Assembly (NCBI RefSeq): GCF_009914755.1
Contig: NC_060927.1
Length of the DNA stretch: 64,000 nucleotides
Source of the DNA: the human T2T-CHM13v2.0 reference genome, Homo sapiens
Direction: 5' to 3' (one strand)
Below, piece after piece: positions 37,839-52,469 of the stretch (its first letter is position 1; each line of letters begins with the position of its first letter). The notes beneath the pieces were generated by a model. The model saw only the letters and a list, made by a program, of their open reading frames with translations. It made no database searches and was not told the DNA's origin. Made by a program: the position numbers and the translations under genes.

Positions 37839-38179
37839 TGATTGGCCCTCCACATCTGTGGGCTCCACCAAGCGTGATTTCTACCAACTGCGGGTTCCAT
37901 CAAGTGGGGGTAGAAATTATTTGAAAAAAAATTAAAAATAACAAAGCAATAGTAAAAATAATACAAATAAAAATATAGTATAGCAACTATTTATATAGCA
38001 TTTACACTGTTTTAGGTATTATAAGTAACCTAGAGATAATTTAAATTATATGGGAGGATATGCATAAGTTATATACAAACACTACACCATGATATATAAG
38101 GAATCAAAGCATCTGCAAATTTTAGTATGGGGGTGGGGGTTCCTGGAATCAATCCCCCACAGATAATGAGGGACAACTG
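37839..38179 (-). mobile_element. MER2/MER2B MITE
   Basis: TA|tgattggccctccacatc ... gataatgagggacaactg|TA; internal ctatttatatagcatttacactg. Confidence 0.88.
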
Positions 38180-38184
38180 TACTT

Positions 38185-39080
38185 ACAAATCTTCATATAG
38201 CAGAAAACCTACTACAATGAAACATAAAAAGCTAACAAATAGTCTTATAAAAGAAGGCCTGCAGTATATATGACAAAAGTTTAATATCCTAGATATAAAA
38301 TTTGCTTGTACGACTCAATAGGAAAAAAAGGGAGAAAATATTCTAATAATAAAAGACACAAAAAAGCATAAATGAAGAAACAGAAATAGCTACCAAGCAC
38401 TCAAAAATATATGTCACTAATAATCAAAGAAATAATAACCACGAGGGAGATACTATTTTTGCCTACTTGGTTTTTAAAGAGTTAAACATTTCCTAACAAC
38501 CAGAGTAGACGGAGATGTTGGAAGACAGTCACTTTCACTCATTGTTCATCCTTAGGGGAATATTACTGAATAGGTGAATTTTGGATCTTTATTTGAGAGA
38601 TAATGTATCAAAAGCTTTAAAAACATACATGCCCGGTTATATAGCAAAACCAATTCTAGAAATTTTTGAAAAGAGATTAAAGTGTATATCTACAAAGATG
38701 CTTATTGTCGCACTGCTTTTAACAGAGAAGATTATAAGCAATCTAACTGTCCATCAGTAAAGGAATAGATTAAATGAATGACGTTTTATCTTTACAAAGA
38801 ACTACTATGCAGCCATGAAATCAATGAATATGGATATAATGACTGAGGAAAATACCATACTGTTAGAATTTAAAATGTGACAAAGCAGTTTTATAATATG
38901 ATTCCAAATCTTTCTTTGAAATCTGTGTATGTGTGTACACATTTATGTTTGTATCTGTATTTATTTGTTCCTATAAAAAATATAGGAAAAGTTTTGCGTG
39001 AGTTTTGGAGTTGCAGGCATTGTTAAATGCTTTTGAATATGCATTGATTATCACTGCAAAAATTAATATTGAAAATTAAG
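38185..39080 (+). mobile_element. L1ME-type 3' fragment
   Basis: agcaaaaccaattctagaaattt...agcaatctaactgtccatcagtaaaggaatagattaaat...tactatgcagcc. Confidence 0.7.
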
Positions 39081-40067
39081 TTGTTTCCAAAAAATGATAA
39101 GAAATTAAGAGGAAACCAAGCAAAGAAGTAAGGATTTTGATGCAATTCGTAGAAGGAAGCCATTGCAAGTTGGTTAGTAGAGAGAGAAGTAACATATATA
39201 GAAAGTGCTTTGATTGATTGCTAGTATTTTACAAAAGGCAATGAAACAGAAAGTTAACATTTAGGAAATCAAGGTAACCCTGAGTAAGTATAGATAGGGA
39301 AGCACAAAACATGTGGGACCAGAGAAAGGCCAAAAGGTGGTAGATGATATGAAGATTGGAAAAATGGAGTCTGTGATGACTCTAAAAATAAAGACATTAA
39401 TCCAGGTTTAAATATATTAATTATGTAACAATGAGGTATCCAGATGAAGATGTGCTCTAGACAAACAGAAAACTGAAGCATGATCTAAATCCAATGCTAA
39501 AAAAGAGACTTAAGTTTTGTCACCATGGAGGCGACATTTGAAGTTAATAAGTATGAATGAGATTACCAAAAGTGAGGATATCAAGCTACAATTATAGAGA
39601 GTGATAATTTATCAGAAAAGTCTAACAAGAGAGCTTTATTCTTCTTCTATTCTATCTGTGCTATGCTCTACTTATGGTTTCAGATTGTCTTCAACATCAT
39701 GAGGATTGTATTAAGGAAATAATTCGTAACTAACAAGAATATTTGAGTGACAAGTCTCAGAAAGTTTAGGAAACTTGTTTAGCAGAAATTTAACCCCTCT
39801 TAACGTCTAAAATGTTATTTTCCAGGTTTTAGTTTGACGCTTATGTGCAGTTGGCCCCTGACATCCACTTCCTGTTTTGCTCTAATGATCCTTTAGTGTG
39901 GGTCTACCCAGTTTTGAGGAGTTTTTGTCAGAAAGAATGAGACAATTGGGCGTATTTTCTTTGTTTGCTTGCTTGAATTACCTTTTTGTTTGTTTCTTTG
40001 TGTTTGCTTTTTTGAATGACCGACTGACTGTTTTATCTGGGATTTGTTTCTGAAGTTGTATTTTAGG

Positions 40068-40240
40068 GCATTTGTTCTCAAACTTTAGCATGCTTAAGAA
40101 GCCTCTGAAAGACTTGTTAAAACTGATTTATGTTTCTTTCTTCTGGAAATTCTGACTCAGTAGGTTTGGGATGGGGCCTGAGAACTAGTTTGCATGATCT
40201 CCTAAGAGATGCTGATGTTGTGGGTCTGCAAACCAGAGGT
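40068..40240. mobile_element. MER5A (hAT-Charlie MITE)
   Basis: gttctcaaactttagcatgc...ttctgactcagtaggtttgggatggggcctgaga...gatgctgatgttg. Confidence 0.8.
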
Positions 40241-40348
40241 GAAATTGCATTGTTGGAAGAAACATGATTTTGAAGCCCAATTTTATTTTCACGTAACGCT
40301 TTTTCACACAAAGACATATCCATCTCTATCACCAAGTACAATATTAAA

Positions 40349-40652
<304 letters not shown>

Positions 40653-42104
40653 TGTTGAAATTTATCACTGGTGGTACTTTCTGATTATTGTTGTATACAA
40701 AATAGCCATTTACCTAGATTTTAATTTGCCCATAATTTAAATAATAAAAATTGTTGTTTATGTTTTACCCTCCCTGGCTCTGGTGACTTCAGACTTTCAT
40801 CATGTGATTGGAAAGAAAATTTCAGGGAGAACACAGTGGATTGTCCCCACAATCTTGGAAAAAAAATATATATGTATAGTTTGTCTTCTGAGAGTTAAAA
40901 TGAATTGATTTTATCAATAGATGCTGAAATAATATTTATCCAGGTATATGTAAATATCTAACTTAATCAGTAATTTTAAAATATATCTAAAGGAAGACTA
41001 CGCCACAGAAGGTACTGACAGTAGGACAGATGTGTATTGCCTTGGCACAGGGAGAAGAAATTTCAATCCCAGAGTCCAAACTCCCTTGCCAATAGAGAGA
41101 AGTTCTGTGCTATGTGGCTGGGATGCATTATCACTTGTTAATCTGGTCTGGGGGAGAAAATGCTTCTTGCCTGTCTATTTCTTTATCTCTTAATTACATT
41201 TTATCAGCAAACTTCCTATGCTTTTATTTCTACAAAATGTAAATCTGTTGATCATAAAGGGATGTTTTATGTTGTGTATCGACAAATTAGTCTCCTGGGT
41301 TATACCTTAGTCTCATATGAATTAAGGTGACTCTGCCTCCAGGATTCTAATGATCTCAGTGTGTGCTAAAAGGTCTATTTCCTAAGGCCTCAGAGCTAGA
41401 GAACAACATGACAGCCAAGTGGTGGACCCCTGAACAGCCAACAGCCACACCTCAATGGAGACTCATCTACTTTTCTGAGCACTTTACCTGCTGTTTATTT
41501 GTTCATTCACTAGGAAGCAGAGCTATAGAATTTTATAAAACTGAAAGGAGCTTTGAAGTCATCAGGGCCAGCCCTTTCATTGTGAAGTTGAGGTCACAAC
41601 CTTCCATTGGTGTCTGACTCTTATGAACCTGGTAATTGAAATAATTCAAAGGCTAGGTTCACTGCTCAGAAATATTTCACAGTGTTGTGAGGTGTTTCTC
41701 TTTTGTATTATCTTAGTCTGAAGTGTGGTGCTTGGCATCAGGTTCAGGTGCTAATGTAGAGTGAGAATCCATTCAACCTTAACCTCTAGGCCCCTTCCTT
41801 ACTTTAATTTGAGAGTCACATATCTGCATTATAAAACCTGCCTATTTTGCTTACCTTTTCAAGTGAACTTTCATTGAATTTCCCTTTTTAACTTTTATAG
41901 CCTAGGATGGCACTTCTTGATAAAAACTGCAAAGAATAAGTCCTGTTGAGAGGAATACATTATTAAGAACATATCAAGAGAAAAATACATATCAAAGCAT
42001 CAAATAAGTTAAATGGATTGTGTACTTACCGCAATAACAGACACAAAACATGCTTTCAAATATTCATTAATTAATAAAGGGGAATAGAGAAACTCTTTTC
42101 ATAG

Positions 42105-42460
42105 CATATTAGTCCGTTTTCACACTGTTGATACAGAGATAACCGACACTGGGAAGAAAAAGAGGTTTAATTGGACTTACAGTCCCACGTGGCTGGGGAG
42201 GCCTCAGAATCATGGTGGGAGGTGAAAGGCACTTCTTACATGGCGGTGGCAAGAGAAAAATGAGGAAGATGCAAAAGCGGAAACCCCTGTTAAAACCATC
42301 AGCTCTCATGAGACTTATTCACTACCATGAGAACAGTATGGGGGAAACTGCCCCCATGATTCAAATTATCTCCCACCAGGTCCCTCCCACAACATATGGG
42401 AACTGTAGGAGTACAATTCAAGATGAGATTTCAGTGGGGACACAGAGCCAAACCATATCA
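42105..42460 (-). mobile_element. THE1 (THE1A-like) MaLR solo LTR
   Basis: tattagtccgttttcacactg...gacacagagccaaaccatatca with a perfect 5-bp TSD CATAG (42100-42104, 42461-42465). Confidence 0.95.
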
Positions 42461-43299
42461 CATAGAGAACTCAGTATTTGTTTGCTTTTGTATATAGTCT
42501 GTTATAATAGAAAAAAAGATCATAAAAACATGATTCTAATCATGTGCTGTCATTTTTGGGTTTCAGTCTTTTTCTCTAGGAGATTAGTTACAAGGACTAG
42601 GGATAACGTATGCAACTTGCCCAGTGGATGGTACTTTGTACATATTAAAGTAATGGTAATTATATTTATGCTATATATTCTAAGTTAAACTGATATTTGG
42701 AATGAGTGGTAAAACTCTGAGCAAAGATAGATTTAAAAGCACTAGGAGACTATATCTGTACTCGCCACTTTTTAATGCTTCCTCTGCCTTCTTTAGATTC
42801 TCACAGCTGGATCAATTGATAACACAATCATGCTGACGAAGTCCTGTGCCCATATTGACTGACGTAAGGAAGGCTGTTACAGTTTTAATCTCACCACATA
42901 GAAGATCCCAGAAATAAATTACTCGTCCATGTATGGGAATGTTGTAATCTGGTCACAAGTACCAGCAATACCGCAGCACTCTCCACAAGAACACCCCTAG
43001 GAAACCATGTTGCCCTTGAGTTTTCATAGAATTGTAGTTCTCTCCTAGTCCTTACTCATTAACTGGTTATTCCACCGGATATTACCACCCACTTTGTGTT
43101 ATGTGCTGTGTTTCATAGTGGGGTCTGGATCCCCTGCATTGTTCATAGCCATCTTCCTCCTGAATGCAATCTAGTCCCTTGCTGAACCTTTCCTTTTTCA
43201 CTCCTCAAATTCTCAGATATGGCTCTTCACCAACTTGACTGTGTGTTCTTGATTTCTCTACCATAACAATATATATCCTCAGTGACTGCTTCTTGAAAC

Positions 43300-43800
43300 A
43301 CCAAGTTTGCTCTTACCAACTATCTTCTCTGCCCCTGCCCAGCTCTATGACCTCTCCTCCTCCTCACTCTTTCATATTCCAGTCACGATGGCCTTCTTTC
43401 TGTTGCTCCAATATGCCCAGACCTTTCAAGCCCCAGGACCTTGGCAAGAGCTCTTCCCTCTTCGTCAGTGGCCCCCTCTCCCAGCCCAATCTTAACATAG
43501 ATGATTCTTGTTTTTCAGACCCCAGCTTAAATGACTTTGCTGACCACCTAGTTTAAAAGAATTCCCCAATCTCCATTGTTTTACCATATTTTAATTTCTT
43601 GCAATGCAATTTCCTATTGTTACTGGATATTTTTCTGTTTATTTTCTTACTTGTTTGCTAATTGCCTTCCTATTAAAATGTAAGGTCTACAAGAGCAGAT
43701 ATCTGATCTATTACATTCTTTGTTGTATCCCAAGAGCTGAGAACAATGGCTTGTTCTCAACACAATGGTAGGTGCTCAATACATACTCCTTGAGTGAATA
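43300..43800 (+). mobile_element. L2a 3' end
   Basis: tggccttctttctgttgctccaa...taaaatgtaaggtctacaagagcaga...ggtaggtgctcaatacat. Confidence 0.78.
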
Positions 43801-44489
43801 ACCAGCTGCCCCTCAGGTTTATGCCTAGACCTGGTTCTGTTCTCCCAGTTCCTACGCCAAAATGTATGCCAGGGTAGTAATCCCTTTGTCTCTGACAACA
43901 AAAATGGATCTACCCAACTTAGATACGTTGACCAGCCTCACCCACACACATACTGTAGCCAGGGTGACATTGATAATTGATGGTTATTATGCCCACCACA
44001 ATTTTGGGATTTTCCTAGTGTTCCAGGAGGCACCTTGAGTTTACCTGAGCATGAAATCAAAATAGCTTGCCTATTGTTGATCCTTGAAGTTGTTTCCAGA
44101 TTTCCATTTTACCAGAATTGAACTGATGATACTTATGCACATGCTCTTTAAGCAAAGTGATTTTCCAGAGGAAATTGCTTAGGGAAAGTTTGTGCTTTAT
44201 TTTAAAACTACCTGAAGGAAGTTATCAAAATAGTAAACTGCATAGATTCAGAGTTTGGGTCCCACTGACTCAGCTGTCACAGAATAGTCAGAAGGAAGAA
44301 TGAACATCAACAGACCAGGGAGCATTCGTTACTTGTTCTAAAAACACATGAAGAAACAATGGCACATGTGTCTTCACACTCCCATGCCCATCTGTTGCTT
44401 GACATATCTTTTCTTTTAGACCTTTAGAAAATCTCTGTTCTGAAAATCGCACAGTATGGATATTTGATTTTGCATGTACGGCATCTAGT

Positions 44490-44870
44490 GTTCCTTGTTT
44501 TCATAATTGCATACCAATTTTCATGTTGGAAAACTAATCTCCCATTGGATATGGTTTTGGTTCAATTGCTTATCAAAGGGTAAGGCACCTGGACCCAAGG
44601 TGGACTCTTGACTCAATCTAGGAATAGCAGCTGTTCTTTTCCAAGAAGATACATGTGGATTTATCCATGTTATCTTTAGTATTTCAAAGAGACTATTGGC
44701 TTCTTCAGCTTAGATCCTCAGACCTTCTCTTGCTCCTTCTCAGAAGCTTGCCTCTTCAGATTTTCCTTTGCTTTAGTTAACCCAGTTGGCTTTTGTTTTA
44801 TTTTGTTTTGTTTTGACTAATAAGAATCAATTAGTGCCACTTGCAACCATAAAACCTTAATTCACAGAAA
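44490..44870 (+). mobile_element. Old MLT1-type LTR remnant
   Basis: 3' motif gttaacccagttggctttt...gccacttgcaaccataaaacctta. Confidence 0.4.
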
Positions 44871-46639
44871 GTAAGTAATGTTGGACAATAATAAGATAAA
44901 GAAGTGATATTTAGTGTTATGGAGAAATACAGCAGAGCCTCAGATTTTTCCTCCCTTCCTTCTACATTTCTGCCAGAACCAGAACTATGTCATATCCATA
45001 TACATAAGGAAGAAACACTAATTACTTCCAAAGAATGTAGAGTGTCCCTATAGAAGAGCCTCCCTGCAGAGGCTCCCTTCAGTTGATCAAGCTGAGGCTC
45101 TATCTGCTTGACTTTGCTTATGTTCTCCCGTTTGACTGGAGTCTTTCTCAGTTCTTTTTGCCCTGTTTCTACCTTCCATGTTCTCCTCATACACTACCTC
45201 CTATAACTAAGTCTTCTGATATTAAAATTAACCTTTTTCCTCTTCTTCACTGAGTCTTATTCATTTTGTGGACCCCATAGCACATAACCAAAAGCCTTGC
45301 ATCTTGTTTCTATGGCAAAGCCACATTTAAATTTATTCGTTAGATTAATGAAAAAACACACAATTAAAAGAAAACGCACTGTTTTAAAATTATATTCACT
45401 GCTTAATTTATTGACCTTGTTTAAAATTGCTGCTAGTTCTATGCCTACTATTTCCATTTCAGTCTTCAAACTCAGGCAGCTTTAATTCTGTCCTCTCAAT
45501 CATTACTTCCCTCCACTGACCAAATGTTTCCACCTGCATTGGTGTTCTTTCCACAGCTGGTCATAGAGCTCATCAAAGCATTGTACTTTAGCTACAGAAA
45601 TTGTAAGTTGAGGGTTGGAGGAAGATCCAACTTTCTCCAATGTAAATATTTCTGCATTGCTTATAAGCAATTACATTTGTATGTTAGTCCTATTTTAAGT
45701 AGCTCACTTACAGCTGGTACTGAGCAATGAGTAAGCATGTGGTTCTCTATTTATAAAGTAGCCCCTAATCTCTCACCATGATAGGCCAGCTATACATAGT
45801 GGTCTGTTTTGAGAGAGGGGTTTTCTAGAGGTCAGGATTATGTGGCTAAAGAGCAGGGAAACCCAGGAAAATGTAAGTGATTCACCACAGTGTGCTATTG
45901 GTGTTTCCTTGGGACCATGATGTTGTTCAGTGCAAGGTGAAAGCCTGAGAAGAACAGATGAGAGACGCTGTTTAGAGTGACAGACATGTAGTAAGTGGCT
46001 GCCTTTGATTGTAGGATTTCAAGAAAAAATAAAAGAAAAACATGTTATTTATGGGTTCGAATAATATTACAATAATCCAAAGGTAGTTTTATTCTAGCAG
46101 TGTGGAAAATAAAAGCCTTTGTAAATTAATTGCTTGTCTATGATACGAGAAAGCACAGAGCAAGCGCTGTTGAACATAAATCAACTTGATTTATAAACAA
46201 TTTGTTATTCATCTAAGATATTTAATAGTATATATTAAATTCATTTTGTTATATAAAAATTAATGAGTGAATGATTGGTAAATGCATAAATGGGTAAATT
46301 ACATAAATCAAGAAAATTACCCCTCACACTTTTGCTTTTGAGTTAAATTTATGAAAAATGCACTAGATTCCTCACCACTAAAACTTTCTATATATTGGAA
46401 ACCCAAGTTGTTTTTTGTTTTAACTAGCATTTTGTAAGCCCATTAAGTAGTATAAATTTCTGTTATTTTTAAATACTTGTCAGCAGTATGTTTTGCAATT
46501 GGAATGAATACTTAGACAAATAAATGTTGAGTTTAACTTCTCATAGAGTTACAAACTTCTCATAGAGAGTTCAGGAAGTGTTTGAATTCATGGTGGCTTT
46601 ACTTCATTCACCTGTATGGTTGGGGACAATTCCATTCTA

Positions 46640-48620
46640 AATACATTTATTCAGCACCTGCCATATATCAGGCACTCTGTTAGGTTGAAAGTGTTGGCTC
46701 ATTGGAGAAGACAGAGTTATTTTTACATTACATTTCCAGAGTATATCACAGTGTTTGGTACATAGAAAGCACTTAGTCAACAATGAACGTATAAGGGAGC
46801 TAAATCACTAAATGGTTTTAAGAAGAGAAAATAAATGCTTACTATGTGATGCAGAATATGGTTAGTGTTATATTTGATATAGGAACCTACCAGGGCTAAA
46901 AAAAAATTTAGAGATTATGTAAGTCCGAAATATTGGTGAAAATTTCATGGAGGATGTGCGATTTGATATGAATTTTAAATAATTTATAGAATTACATGTA
47001 AATGTCTAAAGGAATGGTATGGCCAAAGGTCTGGAGTTGGAAATATATGTGCCTGAAAGAAATATAGCATAGTGATTAAAAAAAAACAAAAAAAAACAAA
47101 AAAAAACGGGAAAGTAAAACTGGGAAAGAAAATTTTGTCAAAAAAAAAAAAAAGAAGAAAGCTTGATTTTGGAAGCTTGGAAAACCTTGAATGCCATGGT
47201 AAGGATGCTGATATATTTTATCTGGAAGATGATGAGCTCTAATCTTTTTTTTAAGTGCAGGTGATATTATCTAACAATGATTTCAAGCTGTTACCCTAAC
47301 ATTGGTTAAGACAGTAGAGCTAAGTAGAGAACTTGGAGACAAGTCAGAATTGAATTTATAGAAATAACACAGGTAACAGAACATTAATATCTGGCTTAGG
47401 ACAGTTCTGTTGAAAGTGAAAAGGAACTGTGGAGGCAGCATTGGCAGAGGTTGACCAGTACTTTGATTCATGGGCATGAAGGATACAGAGCTTTCAAAAG
47501 TGAGTCCAAACGCATCCTGCTGGAATGACACTGAAAATGGGGTATTTCCACCTGAAAAAAGAGGAGATATAGGAGAAAGAACAGGTTTTTGGAGACATGA
47601 CGGAGAGTTAAGTTTTGGGCATGTGAATTTGGAAGTGTGTGTTAGTCTGTCAGCAATCTGTAGCTGCCTAGAAGTCTGCTAGAAATTTATCTTGAAGTTT
47701 AAAATAAATATTTAGATTTAATAATATTAAGAAAACAATAACACCAACAACAAACCCTTTGGGCGTATTTGTATCATAATGTACTGACACGTTAAATTCT
47801 TACAATAACTTATAAGGTGGGCACTATGATGTATTTTGTCATTTTGCTGGTATTTGGCAGTGATCATCACAGCACAAACAAGATTAAGAGGGAAATTATA
47901 GAAATAAAAGAATTGAAAGATAGAATCCTAGGGAATATGCAGTGGTGGGGGGGGCGGTGGTGGTGGTGGTGAGAATTTGTCAGAGAGATGGAAGAAGCAG
48001 AAATGAGTATTATTATAGCAAAGGGAATATGAAATTTCATGCCAAAAGGAATTGTTAGGGATTTCATATATTGGAAAGAGTTTAAGGTGTCTGAAGACTG
48101 AGGGAAAAAATGCATTGCATTTAATAATTTGAGGTCATTGTTGATCTTCAGGAAAATAGTTTCAGCTGGAGGGCAGGTGAAGAAGGGGGTGAAAACTCAG
48201 AAGTGAGAACTAGAGGCATTAGTAGTGCAGCCAACTTTTTTAAAAAAGTTTGAGATTTAAAATTAGAAAAGGGGCAGCTACTAATGTGGGATAACATAAT
48301 TAAGGGAATGGGTTTGTGAAAGAGGGAGGCTTGAGCATATTTGTGATCTGAGTCGAAGGAGGAGGTGGCAGTGAAGAATAGGAGATGTGAGAACGTGAGT
48401 AAAAAAATGCCATTAAAGGTAAATCCTGGGTCGAGGGGGCAGATATTGAACAGATCAAGGGCACAGGTGGAGCAATTGGCCTTAGAAAACCTAATCCATA
48501 ATCACTTCTTTCTTTAAGAGAGGAAGAAAGAGATGGTGGATAAGGACAAAGATAAATTTTGTATTGGGATGGAGTAGAAATAGATCATGTCTGAAAACTT
48601 TAATCTCAGTAAAGTAGGTC
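46640..48620 (-). mobile_element. Fragmented L2 array with an embedded MIR fragment
   Basis: acatttattcagcacctgccatatatcaggcact; ccttgaatgccatggtaagg; aagttttgggcatgtgaatttg; gaggtcattgttgatctt. Confidence 0.6.
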
Positions 48621-50284
48621 ATCCTCTGTGAATAAGCTGGGGGGGCCCGGATAAGGTCATATCTGGAGAGGCAAAATCAAATTTGTCTTTCTAGTAAAAC
48701 TTCAGGCTTTATAGTTCAATAATTAAGGATTTTGAAACACAAGAGACTGTTATTAAATGCATGGGAATTACATGTATGGTAGAATTGGATCCTTTCCACT
48801 GAAACACTTAAATACACTTGAATCTGAGATTTCAATCTTCTGTATTTTTTTTTTTGAAGTTTTGATTTTTAGTGAAATTCTAAAAACCTTGGTTAAGGAT
48901 GAGAGGCCTATGAACCATATATGTGTGCTAACATTTTAAGATTTGTTTGTTTATTTTATGGGAAGATTTTCTCTTCCTGATGAACATAAAACCAAAGAAA
49001 GTCACAGGAGTGAATTCCTTCAGCCCCACCCTCCAAGTTGTTATTAGGCTAACGCTGAAGGGAAAGATCACTCAAGATGCGCTCCTTGGGGTAAATTGAT
49101 GTGATGAAAATTTATTGTCATGTGGCACTTCAGGGAGCAGCATCTGGCATATTTGTCCCTGTTTATGGCTCTGACGTTCATCTGTTATTCTATTTTTCTT
49201 ACATAGATTAACTAGTGTTTTATTTCCACTGAATTTTTCTGTTATTAGATAAAAGTGAAGCAAAGCTAAGCAAACCAAAACAAAACATAAAACCTTTTAG
49301 TCTGCACAGTCCAACTCCCAGTGAGTCCAAATCTATCTCTGATGTTTTATATCAATAGTGCCACTGTGTTATCACTCCTGAGTGCTGCTGCTTCTGTGGT
49401 CCATGCCATAGGCATTTCTTTTCAAATCACATCCTTGATTCAGTAGGTTAATGGGGCCAGTGAGCATGGCACTGGTTGATAAACAGAGCTAATAAGCAAA
49501 GCTAGACATTATCTTTTATGTGCAAACAGATTGGAGGTGGGTTTGTTTGTTAGGTTCTCTTATTATCTCCGGAGAGCTCTGGCAGGAGAATATCATTCTC
49601 CGGTTCTCTAATATACCTCTTCTCTGAATTGAAATTGAGATCTCCGATCAGCCTAGGTTTGAAAAATCTAATAACGGTTTCTGTACACTGCTTCACGCTC
49701 TATAGCCAGCCCTCAAGGAGAGAAAGACATAGGTAGAACAGAAAATTGGTCTGAGTGCGAGGTGCACTGCCAGATTGGTTGAAGAATAAACACTTGATAT
49801 TCTAAGTTTGTGTCTCACACTACAATATGCAAGCCACCAAAAAATGTTGGCATTATGCTAGGAGATATGTGAATATGGCATGTGTTCCTGGGGTGCCATA
49901 TAATTTAGATTCAGGTGTTTGGGGAAAGTTTGAGGTTTACTATTTAATTCACGTATTTGGAGAAAATTTGAGATTTACTTTTATAGGCTATTGGAAGCCA
50001 CTATAGAGTAATAGGCGTAAGAGCATTGCATTGAAATCTACATTTAGAAAGGTTTGCTTGATTTTAACATATAAACTTGAATAGCGGAAGAGAAGATTAG
50101 GGGGATTGGCCATTTTAGTGACCTAGGGGTGAAGGAATAAGGGTATGAAGAAATAAAACATGTCCATAGCAATCATTAAATCAATCAGGGCCATCCATCA
50201 TGTTGCAGCATTTGGATAGCCAGATGTATGCCCTTAGAGAGGCCTTGGTTTCCTTATTTGGAAATGAGAATGCTTGAGTTGGAT

Positions 50285-50560
50285 CAGAGATTCCTAAGTG
50301 TGTTCCACAGTGTACTTGTGCTGTGAAGCACACTTTGAAAAAGAAAGGGCTCTATAATCAAGTCAGTTTCGTTTCCCATAGTCCATCTGCATGGTAGAGA
50401 GGCCTAACGCTGGTTAGTATACTAAGGGATTTGAGAAGGTCTGAAGGCAGGACAACTGTTTAAATTTCCTGAACCCACCCTTTCCTAAACTTTGTGAACA
50501 TATAGTCTTGTGGAGAATAACACGTCTAGTGTTAATCTAATACTGGGGTTACATTCTAAA
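50285..50560. mobile_element. hAT-Charlie MITE remnant (subfamily uncertain)
   Basis: ttgaaaaagaaagggctctataatcaagtcagttt...ctaagggatttgagaagg...ctgtttaaatttcctgaaccca...cctaaacttt. Confidence 0.5.
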
Positions 50561-50899
50561 TTTTAAGGCAATTATCAGAAATGTAAAATCCAACACAGCC
50601 AGTTATTTTTTTCTAGCATTCTGTTTCTTTTTGTTGTTGTTGCATGTAAGATAATTTATGAATGTGCTTTTTGAAGAATACGTGCTCTGTTTTTAAAAAC
50701 TTGAACTGCTCTCAACCTGACAAGAGGTTCACTTACATAGGGACACAAGAGAACAAAGAGTGATCAGGGGAAGGCAAATTCATAATTCAGAACTTGAGTT
50801 TACTGTCTTTTATAAATTTATTCATGAAATAGTGGTAGAATTAGTAAGTGACCACAAATTTAAATCACTAATTAATTCTCATTCTTTCTGAACTCTTGC

Positions 50900-51050
50900 A
50901 CTCTCTCTTCTTTTTGCATTTATATCTGTGTATCTTTTTCTCTCCTTGTCTTTGTGTATCTATATGTCTCTGTCTATGTCTGTCCCTTTGTCACTCTCTC
51001 TCCTTTTCTCTCTCTGTCTTCTTTTCCCTTCCCTCTCCTTTTTTTTTTCT
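50900..51050. repeat. CT-rich low-complexity tract
   Basis: Seen directly. Confidence 0.85.
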
Positions 51051-52469
51051 CTCACCTAAAGAGTCCATCTGCAAATATAGAGATGAAGTCCCGTAAATTA
51101 AATATGCATGTGCCGTGACTCCCTGTATTAACCTTTTGTAGAACTGCGCTTCCCTGGAAACTGTGGACTTTAGATAATCCCAAGATCTTTTGCCTTTGAT
51201 CTGCTCTGCTCACTCTCTTCTCCTGGCTTTTGTGGATTCAGTTCTGCTTTTCACCTTGAACTTCACTGCCCCTGCAGTGCCATTCACGTGTACCCCATCA
51301 TTTCAGGACAGAGGCATGGAGAAGGATGAGAGAGTCTGCCTTGTCTCAAGCCCTAAGCAAATAATCTTTGCATTTCTCCATCCCTACTTGGAAGGCATAT
51401 TCTTACCATCTGTGGATCATATAATGAATGACTTTTTTGAAGGAATGTTCACATTTCTTATCTTGCTTGTTATACACATCATTTTTCAAACCTTGGAACG
51501 ATGAGATGGCATTTCAAGTAAGGGTGGTCCCACAAATCAAATGTAGTGTGACTTTGGTTTCATTTCTTTGTTGAAACATCTGGTCTTGTTTAATGCACAA
51601 CAAGAAAGAGGTAGGAAACATGTAAAAGTCCTTGCTGCCCTCAGCTCTGATTGCTTTCTCTTACTGCCATTGTATTATGAAACTCACTGCCTCGAGTAGA
51701 GAAAGGAAGTTAATTCCACAATAACTACATTTGCCAAGAGTCACTTGCATGTCCATGGGCATGAAGGCACTGTGTATATTGCTTTTCCAAATTCCAGTCT
51801 GGGACTTCTGCCTTGAACAAGGAAATTTGAGGCACAGGTCACTGGAGTCTATGGTGACATGATTTATTTGCAACAGTACCATGTTAAATGTCACCATATT
51901 AGGGTGGTGTGGCCACGGCTGCCCCTTAAGTTTTCCAGTCACAAAACAGCCCTTTTTCCCCTCAGAAATCCTAAAACTCCCATATAGGAACAAAATCCTA
52001 CGCCTTATGGTACACAGACTTCAGGTTGTCAATATTTGTTAAAAAGGCATGATGCTTACTAGAGGACAGCATTGGTCTCCAGAGCTAGCCATGTGTGCCA
52101 AACAGGTGACTGGTTTATAGATGGATAGTATGCTTAATATAAATCCAATCACTTTTACAGTTGCTCTTGAATTCCAGCCTCAAGTCTTGGCCTTATTCCC
52201 TCCCAGAGTTTAGCAGTTGACTTTCGGCAAAAGGAAAATTCGGGATGAGTGGAGAGTAGTCAGCACAAATTAGATGGATTATCCTTTAACAAATACACAG
52301 AAATCTCCTTGCTGTTATTGCTTATCATCTTCTGGTTGCTTGGGCATTGGCAAATTTTCTTTCTTGGCTTTGTCTACTTTGCAGTACTGTGGTGGTGGAG
52401 GTATAGGGGTGGTGATAGTAATAGAAGTCATAATGATGATAGGCAAGATTATATATTCATCATACTTTA

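Larger units (their letters stand above)
37215..39590 (-). mobile_element. Fragmented L2 (about 37215-37720 and 39130-39590) split by younger insertions
   Basis: ttcttgcccctcagaagttgataatt...; aggaagccattgcaag...; aggtatccagatgaagatg...atgaatgagattacc. Confidence 0.5.

Noticed and set aside
42212-42688. 158-aa ORF
   Set aside because: It starts inside the THE1 LTR and is a typical repeat-derived translation.
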